A program made the translations under genes and the position numbers. A stretch of 64,000 bases of DNA. Source: Octopus sinensis (Eukaryota). This document shows, one piece after another, positions 11,709-24,193 of this stretch (the first letter of the stretch is position 1; the number at the start of each line of letters is the position of its first letter). The notes below the pieces were generated by a model. It searched no databases. It saw only the letters and a list, made by a program, of their open reading frames with translations, and had not been told where the DNA came from. The DNA is taken from positions 16,182,001-16,246,000 of the forward strand of contig NC_043001.1 of the NCBI RefSeq assembly GCF_006345805.1, read 5' to 3'.

Positions 11709-12114
11709 AGCGCAGGAGTGGCTGTGTGGTAAGTAGCTTGCTAACCAACCTCATGGTTCCGGGTTCAGTCCCACTGCGTGACATCTTGGGCAAGTGTCTT
11801 CTGCTATAGCCCCGGGCCGACCAATGCCTTGTGAGTGGATTTGGTAGACGGAAACTGAAAGAAGCCTGTCGTATATATGTATATATATATATGTATGTGT
11901 GTGTGTGTGTCTGTGTTTGTTCCCCTAGCATTGCTTGACAACCGATGCTGGTGTGTTTACGTCCCCGTCTCTTAGCGGTTCGGCAAAAAGAGACCGATAG
12001 AATAAGTACTGGGCTTACAAAAAGAATAAGTCCCGGGGTCAAGTTGCTCGACTAAAGGCGGTGCTCCAGCATGGCTGCAGTCAAATGACTGAAACAAGTA
12101 AAAGAGTAAAGAGT
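11709..12114 (+). mobile_element. SINE family A, full length
   Basis: Head gcgcaggagTGGCTGTGTGGT (A-box-like)...GGTTCAGTCCC (B-box-like), internal microsatellite and conserved tail. Further copies at about 9105-9510(-), 18270-18690(-), 20340-20615(+), 21185-21630(-), 22206-22645(+), 23445-23845(-), 28128-28527(-), 31420-31760(-), 32900-33290(-), 39330-39955(-), 42898-43215(-), 54290-54640(+), 58130-58360(-). Confidence 0.92.
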
Positions 12115-12840
12115 ATATATACATATAGCAGTGTACGTACACTTTTGGTCTCTTATATGTAAATACACATATATATATACTCTTTTACTTGTTTCAGTCA
12201 TTTGACTGTGGCCATTCTTTGTAAGCCTAGTACTTATTCTGTCGGTCACCCCACATATTTTTATGGTTAATACCATAAAGAATTCTGGTGCATCTAAGTT
12301 AAGTACCATATTCATTTGAATCTTGTTTTGCTGAAATATATATATATATAGCCCACTCAAAAGTACCTTGGATCATAGGGCCATGCTGTGCTTGAGGAGA
12401 CCTATTGTACATCAACATCAACAGTAATATCAAAATCAAATCAAATGGAAATTGTAGTTGTGAGCCCTGTGCTGGTGGAATGTAAAAAGCATCATCCGAA
12501 TGTGGCCAGTGCCAGTGCTGCTTTGACTGGCGTCCGTGCCAGTGGCACGTAAAAAGTACCATCCAATCGTGGTCGATGCCAGCTCCTCTGGGCCCTGTGC
12601 TGGTGGTACGTAAAAAGCACCTGCTACACTCTCGGAGTGGTTGGCATTAGGAAGGGCATCCAGCAGTAGAATCACTGCCAGATCAGATTGGGGTCTGGTG
12701 CAGCCTCCTTTTTCCCAGACCCCAGTCGTACCGTCCAACCCATGCCAGCATGGAAAATGGACGTTAAACGATGATGATGATGATGATTCAGAATTTTCTA
12801 TCTTCAGTCAAGTTCCAGATTTTCTCAGCAGTTTCAGTCT

Positions 12841-15800
12841 TTTCCTCCTCCATATTCTAGTGAGGCCTTTAGTCAGCAGGTTCTGGGATGGGCCTTTCCT
12901 CCTGTATATTCCAGAGAGGCATTTAGCCAACAGGTTTTGGGATGGCCTTTTCCTCCTCCACATTCTAGTGAGGCCTTTAGTCAACAGGTTCTGGGATGGG
13001 CCTTTCCTCCTCTATATTCCAGAGAGGCATTTAGCCAACAGGTTTTGGGGTGGCCTTTTCCTCCTCCACATTCTAGTGAGGCCTTTAGTCAACAGGTTCT
13101 GGGATGGGCCTTTCCTCCTGTATATTCCAGAGAGGCCTTTAGCCAACAGGTTTTGGGGTGGCCTTTTCCTCCTCCACATCCTAGTGAGGCCTTTAGTCAA
13201 CAGGTTCTGGGATGGGCCTTTCCTCCTGTATATTCCAGAGAGGCCTTTAGCCAACAGGTTTTGGGGTGGCCTTTTCCTCCTCCACATCCTAGTGAGGCCT
13301 TTAGTCAACAGGTTCTGGGATGGCCCTTTCCTCCTGTATATTCCAGAGAGGCCTTTAGCCAACAGGTTTTGGGGTGGCCTTTTCCTCCTCCACATTCTAA
13401 CGAGGCCTTTAGTCAACAGGTTCTGGGATGGGCCTTTCCTCCTGTATATTCCAGAGAGGCCTTTAGCCAACAGGTTTTGGGATGGCTTTTCCTCCTCCAC
13501 ATGCTAGTGAGGCCTTTAGTCAACAGGTTCTGGGATGGGCCTTTCCTCCTGTATATTCCAGAGAGGCCTTTAGCCAACAGGTTTTGGGATGGCCTTTTCC
13601 TCCTCCACATTGTAGAGAGGCCTTTAGTCAACAAGTTCTGGGATGAGCCTTTCCTCCTGTATATTCCAGAGAGGCCTTTAGCCAACAGGTTTTGGGATGG
13701 CCTTTTCCTCCTCCACATTCTAACGAGGCCTTTAGTCAACAGGTTCTGGGATGGGCCTTTCCTCCTGTATATTCCAGAGAGGCATTTAGCCAACAGGTTT
13801 TAGGGTGGCCTTTTCCTCCTCCACATTGTAGAGAGGCCTTTAGTCAACAGGTTCTGGGATGGGCCTTTCCTCCTGTATATTCCAGAGAGGCCTTTAGCCA
13901 ACAGGTTTTGGAGTGGCCTTTTCCTCCTCCACATTCTAGTGAGGCCTTTAGTCAACAGGTTCTGGGATGGGCCTTTCCTCCTGTATATTCCAGAGAGGCC
14001 TTTAGCCAACAGGTTTTGGGATGGCCTTTTCCTCCTCCACATTCTAGTGAGGCCTTTAGTCAACAGGTTCTGGGATGGGCCTTTCCTCCTGTATATTCCA
14101 GAGAGGCCTTTAGCCAACAGGTTTTGGGATGGCCTTTTCCTCCTCCACATTCTAGTGAGGCCTTTAGTCAACAGGTTCTGGGATGGGCCTTTCCTCCTGT
14201 ATATTCCAGAGAGGCCTTTAGCCAACAGGTTTTGGGATGGCCTTTTCCTCCTCCACATGCTAGTGAGGCCTTTAGTCAACAGGTTCTGGGATGGGCCTTT
14301 CCTCCTGTATATTCCAGAGAGGTCTTTAGCCAACAGGTTTTGGGGTGGCCTTTTCCTCCTCCACATTGTAGAGAGGCCTTTAGTCAACAGGTTCTGGGAT
14401 GGGCCTTTCCTCCTGTATATTCCAGAGAGGCCTTTAGCCAACAGGTTTTGGGATGGCCTTTTCCTCCTCCACATGCTAGTGAGGCCTTTAGTCAACAGGT
14501 TCTGGGATGGGCCTTTCCTCCTGTATATTCCAGAGAGGTCTTTAGCCAACAGGTTTTGGGGTGGCCTTTTCCTCCTCCACATTGTAGAGAGGCCTTTAGT
14601 CAACAGGTTCTGGGATGGGCCTTTCCTCCTGTATATTCCAGAGAGGCCTTTAGCCAACAGGTTTTGGGGTGGCCTTTTCCTCCTCCACATTGTAGAGAGG
14701 CCTTTAGTCAACAGGTTCTGGGATGGGCCTTTCCTCCTGTATATTCCAGAGAGGCCTTTAGCCAACAGGTTTTGGGATGGCCTTTTCCTCCTCCACATGC
14801 TAGTGAGGCCTTTAGTCAACAGGTTCTGGGATGGGCCTTTCCTCCTGTATATTCCAGAGAGGTCTTTAGCCAACAGGTTTTGGGGTGGCCTTTTCCTCCT
14901 CCACATTGTAGAGAGGCCTTTAGTCAACAGGTTCTGGGATGGGCCTTTCCTCCTGTATATTCCAGAGAGGCCTTTAGCCAACAGGTTTTGGGATGGCCTT
15001 TCTCCTCCACATTCTAGTGAGGCCTTTAGTCAACAGGTTCTGGGATGGGCCTTTCCTCCTGTATATTCCAGAGAGGCCTTAGCCAACAGGTTTTGGATGG
15101 CCTTTTCCTCCTCCACATTGTAGAGAGGCCTTTAGTCAACAGGTTCTGGGATGGGCCTTTCCTCCTGTATATTCCAGAGAGGCCTTTAGCCACAGGTTTT
15201 GGGATGGCCTTTTCCTCCTCCACATTGTAGAGAGGCCTTTAGTCAACAGGTTCTGGGATGGGCCTTTCCTCCTGTATATTCCAGAGAGGCCTTTAGCCAA
15301 CAGGTTTTGGGATGGCCTTTTCCTCCTCCACATGCTAGTGAGGCCTTTAGTCAACAGGTTCTGGGATGGGCCTTTCCTCCTGTATATTCCAGAGAGGTCT
15401 TTAGCCAACAGGTTTTGGGGTGGCCTTTTCCTCCTCCACATTGTAGAGAGGCCTTTAGTCAACAGGTTCTGGGATGGGCCTTTCCTCCTGTATATTCCAG
15501 AGAGGCCTTTAGCCAACAGGTTTTGGGATGGCCTTTTCCTCCTCCACATTCTAACGAGGCCTTTAGTCAACAGGTTCTGGGATGGGCCTTTCCTCCTGTA
15601 TATTCCAGAGAGGCCTTTAGCCAACAGGTTTTGGGATGGCCTTTTCCTCCTCCACATGCTAGTGAGGCCTTTAGTCAACAGGTTCTGGGATGGGCCTTTC
15701 CTCCTGTATATTCCAGAGAGGTCTTTAGCCAACAGGTTTTGGGGTGGCCTTTTCCTCCTCCACATTGTAGAGAGGCCTTTAGTCAACAGGTTCTGGGATG

Positions 15801-17898
15801 GGCCTTTCCTCCTGTATATTCCAGAGAGGCCTTTAGCCAACAGGTTTTGGGGTGGCCTTTTCCTCCTCCACATTGTAGAGAGGCCTTTAGTCAACAGGTT
15901 CTGGGATGGGCCTTTCCTCCTGTATATTCCAGAGAGGTCTTTAGCCAACAGGTTTTGGGGTGGCCTTTTCCTCCTCCACATTGTAGAGAGGCCTTTAGTC
16001 AACAGGTTCTGGGATGGGCCTTTCCTCCTGTATATTCCAGAGAGGCCTTTAGCCAACAGGTTTTGGGGTGGCCTTTTCCTCCTCCACATTGTAGAGAGGC
16101 CTTTAGTCAACAGGTTCTGGGATGGGCCTTTCCTCCTGTATATTCCAGAGAGGCCTTTAGCCAACAGGTTTTGGGGTGGCCTTTTCCTCCTCCACATTGT
16201 AGAGAGGCCTTTAGTCAACAGGTTCTGGGATGGGCCTTTCCTCCTGTATATTCCAGAGAGGCCTTTAGCCAACAGGTTTTGGGGTGGCCTTTTCCTCCTC
16301 CACATTCTAGCGAGGCCTTTAGTCAGCAGGTTCTGGGATGGGCCTTTCCTCCTGTATATTCCAGAGAGGCCTTTAGCCAACAGGTTTTGGGATGGCCTTT
16401 TCCTCCTCCACATTCTAGCGAGGCCTTTAGTCAGCAGGTTCTGGGATGGCCTTTTCCTCCTGTATATTCCAGAGAGGCCTTTAGCCAACAGGTTTTGGGA
16501 TGGCCTTTTCCTCCTCCACATTCTAACGAGGCCTTTAGTCAACAGGTTCTGGGATGGGCCTTTCCTCCTGTATATTCCAGAGAGGCCTTTAGCCAACAGG
16601 TTTTGGGGTGGCCTTTTCCTCCTCCACATTGTAGAGAGGCCTTTAGTCAACAGGTTCTGGGATGGGCCTTTCCTCCTGTATATTCCAGAGAGGCCTTTAG
16701 CCAACAGGTTTTGGGGTGGCCTTTTCCTCCTCCACATTCTAACGAGGCCTTTAGTGAACAGGTTCTGGGATGGCCTTTTCCTCCTGTATATTCCAGAGTG
16801 GCCTTTAGCCAACATTTTGGGGTGGCCTTTTCCTCCTCCACATTGTAGAGAGGCCTTTAGTCAACAGGTTCTGGGATGGGCCTTTCCTCCTGTATATTCC
16901 AGAGAGGCCTTTAGCCAACAGGTTTTGGGGTGGCCTTTTCCTCCTCCACATTGTAGAGAGGCCTTTAGTCAACAGGTTCTGGGATGGGCCTTTCCTCCTG
17001 TATATTCCAGAGAGGCCTTTAGCCAACAGGTTTTGGGGTGGCCTTTTCCTCCTCCACATTCTAACGAGGCCTTTAGTGAACAGGTTCTGGGATGGGCCTT
17101 TCCTCCTGTATATTCCAGAGTGGCCTTTAGCCAACAGGTTTTGGGGTGGCCTTTTCCTCCTCCACATTCTAACGAGGCCTTTAGTCAACAGGTTCTGGGA
17201 TGGGCCTTTCCTCCTGTATATTCCAGGGAGGCCTTTAGCCAACAGGTTTTGGGGTGGCCTTTTCCTCCTCCACATTCTAGTGAGGCCTTTAGTCAACAGG
17301 TTCTGGGATGGGCCTTTCCTCATGTATATTCCAGAGAGGCCTTTAGCCAACAGGTTTTGGGATGGCCTTTTCCTCCTCCACATTCTAACGAGGCCTTTAG
17401 TCAACAGGTTCTGGGATGGGCCTTTCCTCCTGTATATTCCAGAGAGGCCTTTAGCCAACAGGTTTTGGGATGGCCTTTTCCTCCTCCACATTCTAGTGAG
17501 GCCTTTAGTCAACAGGTTCTGGGATGGGCCTTTCCTCCTGTATATTCCAGAGAGGCCTTTAGCCAACAGGTTTTGGGGTGGCCTTTTCCTCCTCCACATT
17601 CTAGCGAGGCCTTTAGTCAACAGGTCCTGGGATGGGCCTTTCCTCCTGTATATTCCAGAGAGGCCTTTAGCCAACAGGTTTTGGAGTGGCCTTTTCCTCC
17701 TCCACATTCTAGTGAGGCCTTTAGTCAACAGGTCCTGGGATGGGCCTTTCCTCCTGTATATTCCAGAGAGGCCTTTAGCCAACAGGTTTTGGAGTGGCCT
17801 TTTCCTCCTCCACATTCTAGTGAGGCCTTTAGTCAACAGGTTCTGGGATGGGCCTTTCCTCCTGTATATTCCAGAGAGGCCTTTAGCAAACAGGTTTT
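12841..17898. repeat. Minisatellite/satellite array, 108-bp unit (two related 54-bp subunits), ~47 copies
   Basis: Directly visible period of 108 (e.g. 12901 versus 13009). Units are highly homogeneous with a few recurrent variants, and nearly every subunit carries AGGCCT. The unit length is a multiple of 3, which produces the long repetitive ORFs. Confidence 0.97.
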
Positions 17899-18480
17899 TA
17901 ATCTGATGATATGCCATAAAGCTGGGCCCTTTATGGATGTGAAACTTAAGATAATACCCCATAAACAAGCCTTATCTAACTCTAATAAATATCTTTCGAT
18001 TCTGATTTTCACAACGATGCCGGGACCTTGTGTTCCCTATTATAAATATAGATTAATTATAAAATTTGGGATTTGCCATTTATCGGCTTTCGCTTGTTGG
18101 CCACCTATGTTAGTGTTGTTATTATTCATTTTACTAATGATGATAATTAATAATATCTATATTAATATTTTTGAACATTCATTGATTCATTCATTAATTA
18201 TATATATGTAGCAGGATGTGCAGTAAAAGATGTTGAGGTAGCAGGTGAAATAGTCATTCTCTTTTTTCTTTTTTTACTTGTTTCAGTCATTTTGACTGCG
18301 GCCATGCTGGTGCACCGCTTTTAATCGAGCAACTCGACCCCGGGACTTATTCTTTGTAAGCCCAGTACATATTCTATCAGTTTCTTTTGCCGAACCGCTA
18401 AGTGACGGGGACATAAACACACCAGCATCGGTTGTCAAGCAATGCTAGGGGGACAAACACAGACACACAAACATACACGC

Positions 18481-18526
<46 letters not shown>

Positions 18527-18821
18527 GACGGGCTTCTTTCAGTTTCCGTCTACCAAATCCACTCACAAGGCATTGGTTGGCCCGAGGCTATAGTAGAAGA
18601 CACTTGCCCAAGGTGCCACGCAGTGGGACTGAACCCGGAACCATGTGGTTGATAAACAAGCTTCTTACCACACAGCCACTCCTGCGCCTATTCATGTGGA
18701 CGACATCAAAGAAAACCAATGGGAAGGCATCGCCACAGTGTGGTTTAAATAATTTATTTAATCTACACTTGTATTTATGTGTTGTATACACCAGAAAATC
18801 TGCTATATATATAAATATATA

Positions 18822-18940
18822 TATTAGAGGGAAACCACTATGTGGACACCCTTATGCTAGAAATAGATCCGCCATAGAAGACCATAGCAAATCTACTTCT
18901 AGCATAAGGGTGTCCACATAGTGGTTTCCCTCTAATATAT
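18822..18940. repeat. Palindromic (hairpin) MITE; related copy at 32179-32290 in the opposite orientation with a shared flank
   Basis: Arms tattagagggaaaccactatgtggacacccttatgctagaa / ttctagcataagggtgtccacatagtggtttccctctaata. Confidence 0.85.
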
Positions 18941-19044
18941 ATATAATACAATTTTACTGAACCTTCAGTATTTTTATATGCTAGACCACTGGTGTGAAAT
19001 CGATGTTAATTAAATTAATATCTAATTTCTCACCCTCATTTTAA

Positions 19045-19090
<46 letters not shown>

Positions 19091-19099
19091 GGTTAAGTG

Positions 19100-19752
19100 A
19101 ACCATCCGTTCGTGTCCGTTGCCAGCATCGCCTAGCCCCGTGCCGGTGACACGTAAAAGCACCATCCGTCCGTGGCCGTTTGCCAGCTCTGTCTGGCCCC
19201 GTGTCGGTGGCACGTAAAAGCACCATCCGTTCGTGTCCGTTGCCAGCATCGCCTAGTCCCGTGCCGGTGACACGTAAAAGCACCATCCGTTCGTGGCCGT
19301 TTGCCAGCTCTGTCTGGCCCCGTGTCGGTGGCACGTAAAAGCACCATCCATTCGTGTCCGTTGCCAGCATCGCCTAGCCCCGTGCCGGTGACACGTAAAA
19401 GCACCATCCGTTCGTGGCCGTTTGCCAGCTCTGTCTGGCCCCGTGTCGGTGGCACGTAAAAGCACCATCCGTTCGTGTCCGTTGCCAGCATCGCCTAGTC
19501 CCGTGCCGGTGACACGTAAAAGCACCATCCGTTAATAGCCGTTTGCCAGCTCTGTCTGGCACCTGTGCGGGTGGCACGTAAAAAGCACCCACTACACTCA
19601 CGGAGTGGTTGGCGTTAGGAAGGGCATCCAGCCGTAGAAACACTGCCAGATCTGACTGGGCCTGACGAAGCCTTCCAGCTTCACAGACCCCAGTTGAACC
19701 ATCCAACCCATGCTAGCATGGAAAGCGGACGCTAAATGATGATGATGATGAT
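19100..19752 (+). mobile_element. RTE-tail element (family D) with an internal 121-bp (60+61) tandem repeat, ~4 copies
   Basis: Constant 3' end ...ttaggaagggcatccagc...ccatgctagcatggaaagcggacg(t)taaa(c)(gat)n. Other family-D copies at about 520-1022(+), 2700-2880(-), 3655-3830(-), 11365-11657(+), 12384-12787(+), 19852-20090(-), 27260-27700(-), 30597-30815(+), 33928-34115(-), 36675-36860(+), 38866-39050(-), 57288-57690(+), 63320-63585(-). Confidence 0.88.
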
Positions 19753-20689
19753 ATATATAGTTTTTGCATAAGTTTACCGATAATGGTTCTTTTAACATAC
19801 CGAACTACTTGGTAAAATTATTAATTAATCAATTAATTCTGCCCTTTATTATTCATCATCATCATCGTTTAACGTCCGCTTTCCATGCTAGCATGGGTTG
19901 GACGATTTGACTGAGGTCTGGCAAATCAGATGGCTACACCAGACTCCAATCTGATTTGGCAGAGTTTCTACAGCTGGATGCCCTTCCTAATACCAACCAC
20001 TCCGTGAGTGTAGTGGGTGCTTTTACGTGCCACCGGCATGAGGGCCAATCAATCAGTCTGGCCCTCGTGCCGGTGGCACGTAAAAGCACCCACTACACTC
20101 TTGGAGTGGTTGGCTGGCATTAGGAACGGCATATATATATAAATATTTATTTTATTTTATTTTTATTTTATTTAGTTTCAGCTCACAAGCTGTGGCCATG
20201 CTGGGGCACCGCCATTATATAGAAGTACGTGCTAAAATCCCTCATAACTTTTTCTATTTTTTGTGAATTTTCAGTTTTTTTTTTTTAGTCTGTCTTCTAC
20301 ACAATGGAATTATACGATTATGTAATAATTGAAAAAAATTGTGGGCTGTGTGATAAGAAGCTTCCCAACCACATGGTTTCGAGTTCAGTCCCATTGCGCT
20401 GCACCTTGGGCAAGTGTCTTCTACCAAAGCCTTGTGAGTGGATTTGGTAGACGGAAACTGAAAGAAGCCTGTTGTATACGTCCCTGTAACTTTGCGGTTC
20501 GGCAAAAGACACTCATAGAATAAGTACTAGGCTTACAAAGAATAAGTCCTGGGGTCGATTTATTCAACTAAATAGCCGCAGTCAAATGACTGAAACAAGT
20601 AAAAGAGTAAGAGAATATTTTAAATTCCCCCCCCCCTCCCACTACAGGCTTCGTTTGAACCGAACTCCATCTGTATATATATTTATGGA

Positions 20690-21080
20690 TGGACGGAAGC
20701 ACTCCGTCGGTTACGACGACGCAGGGTTCCGGTTGATCCGAATCAACGGAACAGCCTGCTCGTGAAATTAACGTGTAAGTGGCTGAGCACTCCACAGACA
20801 AGTGTACCCTTAACGTAGTTCTCGGGGATATTCAGCATGACACAGAGAGTGACAAGGCCGGCCCTTTCAAATACAGGTACAACAGAAACAGGAAGTAAGA
20901 GTGAGAGAAAGTTGTGGTGAAAGATTTACAGCAGGGATCACCACCATCCCCTGCCGGAGCCTTGTGGAGCTTTTAGGTGTTTTCACTCAATAAACACTCA
21001 CAACGCCCGGTCTGGGAATCGAAACCGCGATCCTATGACCGCGAGTCCGCTGCCCTAACCACTGGGCCATTGCGCCACCA
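20690..21080 (-). mobile_element. SINE family C (tRNA-like head)
   Basis: Reverse complement head ggcgcaaTGGCCCAGTGGttagggc...GGTTTCGATTCCC. A near-identical copy lies at 24426-24795(-). Confidence 0.9.
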
Positions 21081-21410
21081 CAGATATATTTATATATATT
21101 GTATGAATGAAAACCGAAAAGGAAATATTCATTTTTAAAAGCATTTGTATTATGAGAAAAATGCATTCAAGTAAGCTAAATGTACTCTTTTACTTGTTTC
21201 ACTCATTTGACTGTGGCCATGCTGGAGCACCACCTTTAGTTGAGCGAATCGACTCCAGGACTTATTCTTTGTAAGCCTAGTACTTATTCTACCGGTCTTT
21301 TCTGCCAAACCGCTAAGTTACAGGGACGTAAACACACCAGCATCGGTTGTCAAGCGATGTTGGAAGGACAAATACAGACACACAAACATATACATATATA
21401 TATATATATT

Positions 21411-21464
<54 letters not shown>

Positions 21465-21836
21465 CATACATATATACGACGGGCTTCTTTCAATTTCCGT
21501 CTACCAAATCCACTCACAAGGCTTCGGTCGGCCCGAGGCTATAGTAGAAGACACTTGCTCAAGGTGCCACGCAGTGGGACTGAACCCGGAACCATGTGGT
21601 TGGTAAGCAAGCTACTCACCACACAGCCTATAAATGTTTAATTAAAAACGTTTAAAAAATCGGCATATCACCATGTGTGCTTCCCACCTCACCCGACTAT
21701 GTTATCCCATAACTTCCAGAAAATATTTTTAATGAAATTCTCTACGAATAAGGTTCTGATTTTATCGGAATATGTGATGGAAAAAAGTTTTCCGACGGTT
21801 TCGAAAATTTCACACTAGAAGGCTTTGTTTACTTTC

Positions 21837-21919
21837 AGAAAAGTGGGTAATATATGGAAATTTGAAAAAGTGGGTAATATATGGAAATTTGAAAAAGTGG
21901 GTAATATATGGAAATTTGA
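21837..21919. repeat. 27-bp tandem repeat x3
   Basis: gaaaaagtgggtaatatatggaaattt repeated three times. Confidence 0.9.
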
Positions 21920-22371
21920 TTTGAAAAAAAATTTGGTGGAGACGTACACATCCGTGTTGATACGTCACATATCTACAAAGTGAAACTAAAATTTCGTAGA
22001 AATATGTCAGTATTTGTGTGTGAATGCTTACTGTTTTTTGCTTCACATCAAATTCTGATATAATTGTAATTTGCACATTTTGAAAAGTATTTGTAAAAAA
22101 TTTCTTTTAAGTATTTCAAATTTTCTGAAAATTACGAGGAAACATAACCTATACGTATGAATTTTCCGCAAATTCTCTTTCCATTTACAGAACTTTTTTT
22201 TATTTAGGTGCAGGAGTGGCTGTGTCGTACGTAGCTTGCTTACCAACCGCATGGTTCTAGGTTCAGTCCCACTGCGTGGCCCCTTGGGCAAGTGTCTTCT
22301 ACTATAGCCTCGGGTCGACCAAAGCCTTGTGAGTAGATTTGGTGGACGGAAACTGAAAGAAGACCGTCGTA

Positions 22372-22423
<52 letters not shown>

Positions 22424-24193
22424 GTGTGTGTGTGTGTGTGTGTCTGTGTTTGTCCCCCCAACATTGCTTGACAACCGATGCTGGTGTGTTTACGTCCTCG
22501 TAACTTAGCGGTGGTTCGGCAGAAGAGACCGATACGATAAGTACTAGGCTTACAAAGAATAAGTCCTGGGGTCGATTTGCTCGGCTAAAAGGCGGTGCTC
22601 CAGTATGGCCACAATCAAATAACTGAAACAAGTAAAAGAGTAACCAGTAAACAAAAGTTTGTTTACAATAAGCAGTAAACAGCTTTTTTTTCTTCGTTTT
22701 GGCATTTCGAGTAAGCATTTAGCATTCATTTTCCTGTATTTATAGAAATAGCTGCCGCCCTACCTTACTATAGAAATACTACTTTTAAGCGATGAGCAGG
22801 CAGGAGTTGCCTTCATTGACGCTTTTAACATTGACCTGTTTCAAGCATTCCACTACGGCCATGCTGGGGCATCGCCTTGAAGGGTTTAGTCGAACAAATT
22901 TAGTCCATTATTTTTTAAAGTCTGGTCCTTATGCTATTGGTCTGTTTTGTTGTTGTTTTTTTTTACCGAATCGCCAAGTTAAAGGAACGCAAACAAACTA
23001 ACACCGATTCTCAAGCGATTGTGGAGGACATACACACACGTTCTTTTTTTTTTTTGATTAAAGATTAATTTACGGACGGTCTGAATTTTTTGCTTAAATT
23101 CAAACAATGGACATCATTCCACAAAATATGTTTATGGGAAGAAAAAATATTGAAAATCATCGATACATATCATAGTGACAAAGAAAAGGGAATGGTATCA
23201 CAAGGTCGTGATTGCTAAAAACAGCAGTTAAATCACCCTTGAATCACACACAAAAATAGTTTATCTGGGTGTTTTTTTTCCTTGCATAATCGTATGAATT
23301 TCCGTGTGTAGACCGCAAGTCTGCAAAAATTTTCTGAACATTCCAAAAAGTAGAACAATTGTGTAGGGTCATATGGGAAGCTGAAACCAGAATTCCTCCA
23401 TCAATCCTTCCCATTAAGATTGTTTAGGGCTCAACCAATTTAACTCTCTTTTACTCTTTTACTTGTTTCAGTCATTTGACTGCGGCCATGCTGGAGCACC
23501 GCCTTTAGTCGAGCAACTCGACCCCGGGACTTATTCTTTGTAAGCCCAGTACTTATTCTATCGGTCTCTTTTGCCGAACCGCTAAGTGACGGGGACGTAA
23601 ACACACCAGCATCGGTTGTCAAGCAATGCTAGGGGGACAAACACACACACATACACATATATATATATATACATATATACGACAGGCTTCTTTCAGTTTC
23701 CGTCTACCAAATCCACTCACAAGGCATTGGTCGGAACCGGGGCTATAGCAGAAGACACTTGCCCAAGATGCCACGCCATGGGACTGAACCCAGAACCATG
23801 TGGTTGCTTAGCAAGCTACTTACCACACAGCCACTCCTGCGCCTATTATTATTTTTTATTGGTGGGCCTTTCAAGGATACTTCAAGAACTTCCACGTTAA
23901 AATCAAAACAAAGGTATTGTTATTAGAAAACCTAAATTCTTTTAATAAATAAAAATGAAATACCAACGGGTTATTAAGTAGAATATTTAATAAGTGACTT
24001 TTAAACGTTTTCAATATTCGTTCCACTTACTTGGGAGACCCAAGCCTACTTTTGTATTTTCCTAGTTTGTTTCAGTTTCATTTTTAATTCTACATTCATA
24101 CAAAGACCTAACAACAAAGACCGCGTGTAAACTAGTTTTATCTTAGTTAAACTTTCTTTTCGCCGGGTTTTTCCTGGGTGTGGTAGGGAATGG

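Noticed and set aside
11709-11790. tRNA-like sequences at SINE heads (also 20990-21080, 32333-32410, 61790-61868)
   Set aside because: A/B-box-like motifs run straight into SINE bodies and I could not fold a convincing cloverleaf, so they are not called as tRNA genes.
12841-17898. CRISPR-like or C2H2 zinc-finger-like reading of the array (YTGGK resembles HTGEK)
   Set aside because: No unique spacers, the period is 54/108 rather than 84 bp, there is no CxxC/HxxxH, and that frame has TGA in nearly every second subunit.
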